From Torpedo marmorata (Eukaryota): a DNA stretch of 64,000 bases. The position numbers and the translations under genes are program-made. Positions 23,220 through 34,328 of the stretch are shown here, one piece after another (the stretch's first letter is position 1; every line of letters begins with the position of its first letter). The notes below the pieces were generated by a model that was not told the origin of the DNA, searched no databases, and saw only the letters and a list, made by a program, of their open reading frames with translations. The DNA is taken from contig OZ360224.1 in the NCBI GenBank assembly GCA_977017645.1, positions 151,156,001 to 151,220,000 on the forward strand, read 5' to 3'.

Positions 23220-24047
23220 AAAAACACCAAAATGCTGGAGGAATTACAGGGAGTTCCCGGGTTACGAACGAGATCCGTTCCTACGTCTGTCTTTAAGTCA
23301 AATTTGTAGATAAGTCGGAACAGGTACATACGGTTCTTATTTAGCGTCAGTTAGTCAAATGTTTGTCTTAGTACAGGCAGTCCCCAGGTTATGAACGTCC
23401 GGGTTACGAACAACTCGTACTTACGAACTGGCTGTTCCCCAATTCACGCATGCACATAATTGTGCCCCAATTCGCGCGTGTGCATAAATGTGCATAATGC
23501 GCATGTGCATTGTGCCCCCAAATGGCGCATGCGCATTATGCCCCAATTCGCGCATGCGCATAATGTTACCTCACGAACCCTAAATAAGAACCGTACATAC
23601 CTGTTCCGCCTTATGTACAAATTCAGCTTATGGACAGACCCAGGTAACGGAACTCGTTCGTAACCTGGGGACTGCCTGTACTGTAAAAAAAATAAAGAAA
23701 CAGTTCTTAAAACAGTTTAGAAGAAAAAAAAAGAAAAAATATCATGATTAAAAGTTAACACTTACTCTCGTTCCATCGATGTCTTGCATACCAGAAGGGG
23801 CATTTGTGAGGTAACATTATGCGCATGCGCGAATTGAGGGCGCATGCGCGAATTGGGGGCACAATTTGTTCGTAAGTACGAGTTGTCCGTAAGTCGGATG
23901 TTTGTAACCCGGGGACTCCCTGTATATATATCTTTATCTTTACAATATATCTTTGTCTCCTATAGATGCTGAAAAGACCAGATGAGTTCCTCCAGCATTT
24001 CGGTGTTTTTACTACAATCACAGCATCTGCAGCCTATCGTGTTTCAC
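23220..24047 (+). mobile_element. Short Penelope pLTR-derived insertion hosting Tigger-like MITEs
   Basis: 14-bp TSD tatgatgtaaaagt (23206-23219 and 24048-24061); inverted aatgctggaggaa / ttcctccagcatt ends. Confidence 0.7.
23247..23922. mobile_element. Tigger-like MITE containing a related MITE (23374-23678)
   Basis: TA-flanked TIRs cagggagttcccgggttac / gtaacccggggactccctg; inner element caggcagtccccaggtt; homologous to 45710-46078 in the opposite orientation. Confidence 0.85.
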
Positions 24048-24153
24048 TATGATGTAAAAGTTACTGGCTTTTAGTATATATGAAATCATATAACAGATGC
24101 AAATACAAAGTTTACAAATTGAGCTGTATGGTTAATCAAAATCAACAAATTAT

Positions 24154-25358
24154 CTCCAAGGATGCCTTTATATCAAAATGGACTTATTCCATTTACTATT
24201 AATAATCAATTATTTAAAATTTGGTTTCAAAAAGGAATTAAGAAGATTATTGATTGTTTGAAGCTGGGAAATTTATTACTTTTCAAAGAATAAAAGATAA
24301 ATTTAATATATTAGATAATACACTTTTTGCTTATTATCAAATTAGAGCTTTTTTGATTGAGAAATTAGGTTATGCTTTGATTTTAACAAGACAGAATGAA
24401 TTAGAATTATTAGTTACTAATGGAGATGTTAATAAATTTATTTCTCAAATGTATAAATTGTTTCAGAGGAAAATGCCTAAAGTAGGATTGCATAAATCAA
24501 GATTAAAATGGGAATTAGATTTGAATGTAAGAATAGATGAAAATCATTGGAAAGAATTATGTAAATTAAGTATGACGAAGATTATTAATGTTAGATATAG
24601 ATTAGTACAATACAATTTTTTTCATCAATTATATTTAACACCTAAAAAACTAAAGAAATTTAATCCGACATTATCAGATTTATGTTTTAGATGTAATAAA
24701 GAGGAAGGGTCTTTTGTACATTCTACATGGTTTTGTCCAAAAGTTTATGATTTTTGGTTGAAAGTTAAAAACTTTTTAGATAAAGTATTTAAGATTATAT
24801 TTCCAATGGATCCTATGATATTTTTGTTTGGAGATATTAGAAAATTTAGTATTAAGATGAAATTAAATATGTATCAAATAGAATTTTTGCGAATTGCTTT
24901 AGCTGTTTCAAAGAAATGCATTGCTATTACTTGGAAATCTGATTTAGATTTAGGATTAGAAAGATGGCATGCAGAACTTCGTTCGTGTATACCACTTGAA
25001 AAAATTACTTATAATTTACGTAATAAATATCATTTCTTCTTAAAAATTTGGAGCCCATATATGAAAGCTGTTGGTTTAAGGATTTGAAGATCTCTGGATA
25101 TCGGATCTACTGGCACACTTGACCTCCACAATAGAATTAGTTTATAGATTGGCATTCCCCTTACTCTATCTTTTTCTTCTTCTTTTTCTATTTTCATTTT
25201 ATATTTTTATTTTTTATTAGATTAGTGGGGTTGGGAAGGTTGGGGAGGGGAGGGAGGGAGGGAGGGGGGGGTGAAAATGTATCACAAATAATTTGATAAT
25301 TTTATATTCTATTTTATGTATTTTGTGATTTAAAAATTTTAAATAAAATATTTTTTAA
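24154..25358 (+). mobile_element. L1 family A, 5'-truncated
   Basis: ORF 24254-25087 is the ORF2 C-terminus; TSD aaaatcaacaaattat (24138-24153 and 25359-25374). Confidence 0.9.
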
Positions 25359-25729
25359 AAAATCAACAAATTATAGACACATAATGCAAATAGTTTGACC
25401 AATTATTATACAGTTCCGGTCCAACTCTCAATGGGACAGTGCACAATTTGTGGTTTACTTGAAAAAGTCTTGTGAATGCAAAGGATAATTACTAACTGTG
25501 AGAAAAATTGCTGTTTACAAAGTAAATAATCCGTGGCTGTGGACAGAAACAAAACTAATTTCATCAATTTTAAGTGGAAGCAGCAGCAAAACAAATGCAT
25601 AGCTCTGAAAAGATTGAGATGACTAATGGGTGACAAACAGCATTTAATACAAACAACTGCAAGACAATGAGTCCAAGGAAGAGAATGAAGAATAGAAATA
25701 GAAACTACCTAATTTGAGGCCAAGACACA

Positions 25730-27045
25730 ATATAGAATAGAAACCTGAAGGTACATGGAACATTCCAACACAGAAACAGCTATAGTCTGTGCTGAACTAT
25801 TGTTCTGCTATTACGTGCTCCCATTTTCAGTTCATTTTTAATTGAGTAGGACTGTCACTTTAAGAGAACAAATCAAGCTGCAAGTTTGGGAGTTTGACTG
25901 TGAGCTGGCAGGCTGAAGACAGCGTGTTCCTAAATTGGATACAACTGAAGAGAGAGGAAGTGCAGGTGCAGAGACCATGTGACCAACCGATTAAAGACAC
26001 AGTACTGAGTTTGCTCAGGGGCCATTTTGAGGAGGCAGTGCTGTGGGGCAGTGCTCTTGGAAGTAATACAGTACTGAAGTGGCCTTGTGTGTGGTTATAG
26101 ACAATCTGTCTGATTTCTCCGTGTTACAGGGGAATGAGTAGTGGCCAGTTTAAGGAGTCAGCACTTGGAGAAGCATCCTTTGAAGGGATATTGTGCTGAA
26201 TGTGGCCTTGTGTGGTGATATACAGTTTGTCTGATTTCTCTGTGTTATAGGAGAATGAGAATACCATTCTGTGACCAAAAAAGTGGAGGTCACTTTGATC
26301 GGCTGACCCACGGAAAGGGTTCTGGAAGCTTTGTGAACATCATTCGCTTTGTGTCCCCTGCGCCAAAGAAGAGGGGAGTTTTGGTTGCCACCTGCCTGAA
26401 AAGGACATTGGTCTGGAAGCACCTCGACAAGGATTTTGTGAGTTTATAAACAATCTGTCACCTACTTCGTGAACTTCTGTCGCATCCATCTAAAGCCTGC
26501 GTGTCGCACTAAAGCCTGTGTGTTGTATCGATTTAGAACCTGCGTGTCAACATTGGATTTTCTGAGACTGAACTTTGAACTGCCTTTCGAGAATTGTGCC
26601 TTGAGCTGTAGTGGCTTGGGGTATTCCACACACATACATAAGTATATTCGCGCATAGTTGGGGGGTTAGTAGATAAGTTTAGATAAGTTTAGCTACATTA
26701 GATAAGGTGTTATATTATTGTTAATTAGTAATTAAAAATATTATTTTAAATATAACACTGTCTGGGCTAATTTCTATTGCTGCTGTCTGGTACGTAACAC
26801 TGCCTAGTTCCACTGACCTGCATCCAGTCCATATCCCTCCATAGTGCTCCCATCCATGTACCTGTCCAAATTTTTCTTAAATGTTAAAATTGAGCTCGCA
26901 TTCACCACTTCAACTGGCAGCTCGTTCCACTCTCCCACTACTCTCTGTGTCAAGTTGCCCCTAATGTTCCTTTTAAACTTTTCCCCTTTCACCCTTAACC
27001 CATGTCCTCTGATTTGTAGCTCACCTAATGTCAGTGGAAAAGCAA
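25730..27045 (-). mobile_element. CR1 3' fragment interrupted by a solo LTR
   Basis: LTQRVVGEWNELP...FKKNLDRYM at 26804-26992; 3' UTR resumes before 25809. Confidence 0.75.
25809..26799. repeat. Solo LTR (Gypsy-like)
   Basis: Inverted termini tattacgtgc / gtacgtaaca; 4-bp TSD ctgc. Confidence 0.75.
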
Positions 27046-28060
27046 TAATTCAATGAATGTAAGAAACAGAAAGAGTAGGCCAATAAAAAAAAAAACAGAT
27101 AAGTATAGCTAGAGAGATAACAACTTGTATTTATGTTTCACTTTTATTGAAGTGAAACTTTTTTAATCTGACAAAACGCATCTGAAACGGATAATAACAC
27201 TGCCTCAACAGATATGCACACAGTTCTGATTGCTGAGCACAAGTAACACTGTTCAAACATGGAAAGTACAAAGGCTGTAAAATAAAGGCAGCCAAATTGA
27301 AGACCAAATTAATATTTTGATGACGGTTTTAAAAATCTGGAATTCCTTTCTGAGAAGTTCAAGTTTATTATTATCGTACAACTGTATAACTACAATTGGA
27401 TGAAACAGTGTTCTTCGGTCCTCAGTGTAAAAAAACATGCAAACACATATTTAGACATGGCACACATATTTACAACAATTTATAATGAATGCAGTACATA
27501 TATAAAAATAAATCATTTTTGTTAAATAAATAGTAGAGTCTCAGAGGGATTGTATGAGCAGTTCATCAGTTATCCAGAAGTAGCCAAAGAGATAATTATT
27601 CATGATTCAATTAATAAATAAATTGAGTATTTGCAATATTTCAGAATCAGTTAGAAATTCCAGAATCCTGGGACACAGACTTGAACTTAAATGAGCACGT
27701 CTGGGAAGAGGTGGTGTAAATGTTAAATGGGCTCTCCAGGTTAAAAAGTAGGAGCAAGTGTACAAAATCCAAAAGAAAATGCTGTAGAAATGAGCAATTG
27801 TTGGCAATTAATGATTGGAACTTGCCAGCAGTCTATAGTCATTTTGTACTGTCCTATGATGATCAACTCCATTTTGAAGCCTTTGAAACAATTAAATGTC
27901 ATCAATATGATTTAATTACTTCATGTATTGTATTGTAGCATGTCATCAGGCTACAGCACAATGCATAAAATACCGGTAATTAAATCGCATTGTTGACATT
28001 AAATTGGAAAAATCTATTGTACAATTATATGCACTTTTTAAAGTAAAAACAGAAACTTAC

Positions 28061-28172
28061 TGTTGTATCTAAGTGCATTGGATCTACATCAGCCAGACTG
28101 GCACCAACTTTCACACGTTCCCTCAGAATTTCACTGGTTAAATCTTCCGTTCTTATGTTCATCGGAAGACAC
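28061..28172 (-). CDS. ATAD2B: ATAD2B coding exon
   Basis: aacag/gtaagt; RCLPMNIRTEDLTSEILRERVKVGASLADVDPMHLDTT. Confidence 0.94.
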
Positions 28173-28481
28173 CTGTTCAATAAACACTGAGTTAAAATTT
28201 TTCTGCAAACTTTCAAACTCTACCTGAACTTTTCAAGTTTTACTTCACAACATAGTTTTCATTAAAATAATGTATAGAATGAACATTTTGACTTTTTGTA
28301 TATTAAACAATGACATCAAACACCATCAAATTTAGCACAGAGATACAATTCTCTGTTTTGGCCTAACCTCAGGAGGAAGAATTAGTGTAGAATCAGGGTA
28401 TCATTTTCATTAAATAAGGGAGCCATCCTGCTGTATCTATTTTTTCATATAAATGCAACACGATTCATTGTTATATATCAC

Positions 28482-28583
28482 CTGTTTCTAGCTCTAGCCA
28501 TGCTTTTGGACTTTCTTCTTTCAAAACGCTCTTCATCAGATGATGAGGTGGTGTCACTGCTATGGATTGCATGTTTCTTTCTT
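28482..28583 (-). CDS. ATAD2B: ATAD2B coding exon
   Basis: aaag/gtgata; RKKHAIHSSDTTSSSDEERFERRKSKSMARARN. Confidence 0.92.
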
Positions 28584-28841
28584 CTTTTAAAAACAAAAAG
28601 CAAGTAATAAATTTAGACTCATTTGAGAAAAACAGACTGTGGTGCGACTTGATAGATTGACTACCTATCATTTTCACAAAATCCCTGAAAACGCTCCTAC
28701 TCATCCGCTATCTATGTTGCTAAATACAAAAGTAAAAAAGAATAGTCAGCCCTCCTCACACCTGCTTTCCTTAAAAGCTTAAAACAACAGATTCAATTGC
28801 TAAAAATACAAAATGTTGAATGCATTTTATAATATTTTTAC

Positions 28842-28917
28842 CTGATGTGGCTTCTTCTTGCAGGAGATCTGAGTGTATCAAAGAGTGTGCTTTGTCTTTG
28901 TCTTCGATGAACAGGCT
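28842..28917 (-). CDS. ATAD2B: ATAD2B coding exon
   Basis: tttag/gtaaaa; EPVHRRQRQSTLFDTLRSPARRSHIR; phase consistent with both neighbours. Confidence 0.9.
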
Positions 28918-29429
28918 CTAAAGAAACACATCATTTCCGACATTTAAGCAACTATTAGCTCAGATACAAACACGCCTATCCAGATCAAAACAAATGTTTG
29001 AAGAAGGTCATGAAGTGAGCTGAGGTAAAATTAATAGTAAATACACAAAAGTGCTGAAGAAACTCAGCAGGTCCTGCAGCGACCATAGGAGGCAGATATA
29101 TAACCAACATATAACCAATGGGTCTGGGTCCTTTGAATGTAAGAGCAAAAAGCAGGTGGGCGCCTGAATAAAAAGTGGAGGAAGGAGGCAAAAGGGCCAG
29201 TGGGAGAAGCACAGACCATCAGCCAAGAGGCCATAAGCGGACATAGAAAGGAGGGCAGGAGAGAAAACCTGAGGATTGATTGGGGATGCAGGGTAACTCT
29301 GTGAATGCAGAGCTGAAGGAAAGGATAGAGGGATATGAAAAGAGAGAGAGAGACATTGGATGGGAAGCTGGAGTAAAGGATAGGGAAAGAGAGAGACAGG
29401 GAGAGGGGATAACAAACTAAAGAAGTCAA

Positions 29430-30614
29430 TAATAAAACACGAAAGTCTGCAGACACCATGGTTGAAGTAAAAACACAATGCTGGAGAAACTCAGCAGGTC
29501 AAACAGTGTACTTTATATAGCAAAGATAAAGATACATAACCGACATTTCGGGCTTGAGCCTTCCATCAAGGTATGGAAAAATGTTGGCAGGCGTCCGAAC
29601 AAAAGGTAAGGGGGGAAGGGTGGGGGGAGGAGCACGGTCCCAAAGGCAGGAGGTAATAGGTGGAGAAGGGATGGAGGGCAGAGCAGCAAGCAGGGGGAGG
29701 AGGGATGGCGAGGTGAATAGAGAGGGAAGGGGGTGGAGAGCTGAGGGAAAGAAGACTGGGGGAAGGGAAGGGAGGGATAATGGAGAGTAGGTTAGCAGAA
29801 ACTGGAGAAACCGATGTTTATGCCACCCGGCTGGAGAGTGTCCAGACGGAAAATCAGGTGTTGTTCCTCCAATTTACGGGTGGTCTTGGTGGGATAGTAC
29901 ATGAGGCCATGGACAGACATGTGAGTATGGGAAATGGTTGGTCACTGGGTGGTCCCTGTCACTGATGCAGACAGAACAAAGGTGCTCAGCGAAGCGATCT
30001 CCCAGTCTCCTCCCAGTCTCTCTGACGTAGAGAAGGCCACACAGGGAGCACTGGATGCAGTAAATCACTCCTGCAGATACACATGAAGTGTTGCTTCACT
30101 TGAAAGGCCTGTTTGGGGGAGGGAGGAGGTGTGGGAGCAAGTGCAGCACCTCCTGCGGCCACAGGAGAAGGTGCTTGGGGGAGTGGTGGGGAGGGATATG
30201 CATGAGGGAGTCACGGAGGGAGCGGTTCCTACAGAAGACAGAGAGGGGAAGATGTGTCTGGTAGTGGGATCCTGTTGTAAGTGCCCAAAATTCCAGAGGA
30301 TAATGTGTTGGATGCAGAGGCTGGTGGGGTGGTAGGTGAGGACAAGGGGAATCCTGTGTTTGTTGCATCTAGGGGCCGAGGGGGCCAGGACAGATGAGTG
30401 GGAAATGGAGGAGATGCGGGTAAGGGCTGAGTTGATGGTGATGGAGGGGAAGTCACGTTTCTGGAAGAAGGTGGACATTTCAGATGATCTGGAATGGAAG
30501 ACCTCATCTTGGGAACAGATGCGGCGGAGGGAATAGAATCCTTGCAGGTGTGAGGAAGTGTAGTCGAGGTAGTTGGTGGGTTTGTAAAATATGTCGGTGG
30601 AAAGCTTGTCTCCC
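29430..30614 (-). mobile_element. Penelope-like element nested in an older Penelope
   Basis: TSD aaagaagtcaa (29419-29429 and 30615-30625); IYCIQC...ETGRRLGDRFAEHL; pLTR homologous to 41030-41342. Confidence 0.8.
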
Positions 30615-30836
30615 AAAGAAGTCAAAGTTATGCCAACTGGTTGGAGGGAGCCTAGATGGAATATGAGGTGTTGCACAACCAATTTAGGGTTGGTGTAAGT
30701 TTGGCAGTGCATGAGACCATGGACAGACATGTTGGCATGGGAATAGGGCCGGGAATTGAAATGGGTTTCCACAGGAAGATCCCCACAATTACAGCAGACA
30801 GACCGAAGGCGCTCAACAAAGCGATCTCGCAGTCTA

Positions 30837-31634
30837 CCGTATATACTCATGTAATAGTCGATCCCGTGTAATAGTCGACCTCCCCTTTTATGGCCCAAAA
30901 ATCGCATGTTTTCCGTATGCCCCGTGTAAAAGTTGACCCTCTTATTTTTGGCCCCGAGTGCCCGCCCATCCGAGTTCCCGACGCCCCGACCGCCCACCCA
31001 CTGGAGCTCCCAACACCCCAAATGCAGACCCTTGCCCCGGCTGCCCGCTCACAAGAGCTCCCAACGATCCGGCCACAGACTCTCCCTACCAATGCCCCAA
31101 CCGCAGACCCTTGCCCCAGCTGCCCGCCCATCCGAGCTCCCGACGTCCCGACCACGGATCCTCGCCCCGGCTGCCCGCCCATCCGAGCTCCCGATGCCCC
31201 GATCATGGATGCTCGCCCAGGCCGCCCGCCCACCCACTGGAGCTCCCAATGCCCCGACCGTGGATCCTCGCCCCGGCCACCCGCCCACTGGAGCTCCCGA
31301 CACCCCAACCGCGGACCGTCGCTCTGGCTGCCTGCCCACCATAGCTCCCAACGCCCTGGCCACAGACTGTCTCCTAGGCCCCAGTCGCCCGCCCATCGGA
31401 GCTCCCGACGTCCCGGCCACCTACTTTCTCCTAGGCCCAGGCCACCCGGTCATCCGAGGTCCCGACGCCACGAACACGGACTTACCACCCGGTCCCGGCC
31501 ATCCTAGGTCCCAACGCCTTGAACGACACAGGTACTTACCGCGGTCAAAAGTATGACCTGTGTAAAAGTCGACCCCCCAAATTTGACATGAAAAATCGGT
31601 CCACAAAACTCGAGTATTACATAAGTATATATGG
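30837..31634. mobile_element. pogo-type MITE (family 3) with a GC-rich internal array
   Basis: TIR ccgtatatactcatgtaata / tattacataagtatatatgg; TA TSD inside a PLE. Confidence 0.85.
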
Positions 31635-33777
31635 TATGCCCAGTCTCTCTGATGTGGAGGATGCCACATCGGTAGCACTGGATACAATAGATGACCCCAG
31701 CAGATTCACAAGTGAAGTGTTGTTTCACTTGGAAGGGTTGCTTGGGGCCCTAAATGGTAGTTAGTGAAAGAGGTACAAACGCAAGTGTAGCATTACCTGC
31801 AGTCACTGGGAGGTACCAAGGGGGTAATTGGTGGGAAGGGATGAGTGGACAAGGGAGTCACGGAGGGAACGGAGAGGGGATGAGAGTTGAAGATTTATCT
31901 GGTGGTGGGATCACGTTGTACGTGGCGGAAATTGAGGAGGATGATATGTTGGATGTGGAGGCTGGTGGTGTGTTAGGAAAGGACAAGGGGAATCCTGTCT
32001 TGGTTGCATCTGGGAGCGGAGGGCAGATGTGCGGGAAATGAAGGATATGCAGGTGAGAGCCAAGTTGTTGGCATTAGAGGGGAAGCCACATTTTTTGAAG
32101 GAAGACATCTCAGATGATCTTGCATCGAAAACCTGGTCCTGGGAGCAGATGCAACGGAGACGGAGGAATTGCGAGAAAGGAATAGAATTCTTACAGAGGA
32201 CAGGGTGTGAAGAGATTTAGTCAAAGTAACTGTGGGAGATGGTGGGTTTGTAGAAATGTCTGTACAGAGTTTGTCTTCCAAGATAGAGACAGAGAGATCT
32301 TAGAGCTGGACTAAGTGAATTTGAGGTTGGGGTGGGTGGAAGTTGGAAGCAAAGTGGATAAAGTTGATGAGGTCATAATAGGTGGATGAGGCAGCACCAA
32401 TGTAGTGGAGGAAGAGTTGAGGAGCCTTGACTGTGTAGGCTTGTAGCATGGATTGCTTCACATAGCCAACAAAAAGGCAGGCATACCTGGATCCCACGCA
32501 GTAACCCATGGCTACCCCTTTGACTTGGATAAAGTGGGATGAGTTGAAGGAGAAGGTAATGAGCGTAGGAACAAGTTCTGCCAGGCAGAGGAGGGTGGTA
32601 GTTGAGGGGGACTGGTTGGGTCTGTTGTTGAGAAAGAAACAAAGGGCTTTGAGACCTTTGATATGGGGGATGGAGGTGTATAGAGGTTTCCACCATCCTC
32701 ATTGTGAGGACACCATACTCACAATGTCCAAGGTGAAGATGAGGTGACCAAGTTCAAGGAACTGGAAGTTGTTGGCGATTGAGGGCATGTGAGGCATTGC
32801 AAATACAGGTAGGGAAGGACTGGACAGGGGGACAAAACGGGAGTCATGGTAACAGATATCAGTTCGATAGGGCAGTTTCTTGTTTATGGGCCCAAACAGC
32901 TCTTCCAAGTGAAGCAACACTTCACTTGTGAACTTGCAGGGGTCATCTACTGCATCCGGTGCTCCCGTTGTGGCCTCCTCTACATCAGAGAGACTGGATG
33001 TGGACTGTGAGATCACTTTGTTAAGCACCTTCACTCTGTCCGCTGTAAACAGGGGATCTCCCAGTGGCAACCCATTTCAATTTCCCACCCCATTGCCATG
33101 CCATGGTCTCATGCATGCCAAACTGAGCCCACCTATAAATTGGAGGAACAATACCTCATATTCTGTCTGGGCACCCTCCAAGCAGATGGCTTTAACAGAG
33201 ACTTCTCTGGTTTCTGTTAGCCCCCTCACAACACCCACCCACCCCCCGCGTCTCTCTCGTTCCCTATCCCTATGTCTCCTTTCAGCTCCCCACCTCCTGT
33301 CTCTCTCTCTCTCTTTCCCTATCCCTGGAGGAGACAGTCTGGAGGAGACAGTTCTGCATTCACAGAGCTACCCCCCTCCCCCATCAATTCTCAGGTTTTC
33401 TCTCCTGCTATCCTATGGCCCCTTGGATGTTGCCCTGTGCTCCTCCCCTACTCCTTTTTCCCTCCTCCCCATACCTTTTATTCAGGCACCTGCCTGCTTT
33501 TTGCTCATACCTTGAAGATTTCAGGCTCGAAACGTTGGTTTTATATCTTTGCCTCCTATGGATGCTACAGGACCTCTTGAGTTTCTCCAGCACTTTTGTG
33601 TATTAACTATAATTACAGCATCTGCAGACATTCTTTTTTCACTGCAAAATTAATAGGATGCTTTTTTTCAAGAATAGGTTTGTCCATGCATCTGCTTTAA
33701 GCATTCATTTTTTTCAGTTGGTTGATTTTCACAAAGGTTATGCAAATGTAAAAAAAATTCTGAATTTAATTTTAATT

Positions 33778-34012
33778 TATAATTTAGACATACAGCACAG
33801 TAACAGGTCCCTTCGGCCCACGAGCCCATGCCGCCCAAATACACCCAATTAACCTAAAACCCCCATACCTTTTCAAGGGTGGGAGGAAACCGGAGCACCC
33901 AGAGGAAACCCACGCAGATAGGGGGAGAACGTACAAACTCCTTACAGACAGCGCCGGATTCGAACCCCGGTCACTGGTGTTGCGATAACCGCTACACTAA
34001 CAGTGCCGCCCC
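33778..34012 (-). mobile_element. V-SINE (HE1-like)
   Basis: Reverse complement of the 46930-47183 family, including ggaggaaaccggagcacc. Confidence 0.8.
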
Positions 34013-34214
34013 TCCCATGCCCCCCAAATAGAAGTTACTGCAGAATTCTTAACTACAAACAAATATGCCCTTTCAAGAAACTTTCTGAAATTTCTAAATA
34101 ATTTTGATTAAATCTGGCCACATTCGCATCACTGAAGTTGGAGTCTACCAAATGAAAATGCAAAATTCATTGGAGACCTTTAATAGTACTCCCCAAACTG
34201 CTTTTTCCTTTTAC

Positions 34215-34328
34215 CTATTGGAGGAGCTTGGTATCTTTGTACAGCCTTCCGTTGTCTCAGGTTGTATGGTCTGTCATTTTCTTCAGCCTCTTCTACTTCA
34301 TCTCCATCTTCCTCCTCTTCCTGAGATT
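34215..34328 (-). CDS. ATAD2B: ATAD2B coding exon
   Basis: ttag/gtaaaa; ESQEEEEDGDEVEEAEENDRPYNLRQRKAVQRYQAPPI. Confidence 0.93.

Larger units (their letters stand above)
29010..33645 (-). mobile_element. Old Penelope-like element with an inverted 3' duplicate (32886-33645, + strand) and two nested insertions
   Basis: Fragmented RT (YACLFVGYV) and GIY-YIG (GVIYCIQC) on the minus strand; pLTR-like ends; boundaries approximate. Confidence 0.7.

Noticed and set aside
30847-31687. Overlapping ORFs in GC-rich MITE cores (also 12489-13265 and 42127-43067)
   Set aside because: Stop-poor GC-rich repeats inside TIR-bounded elements with no recognisable domain.
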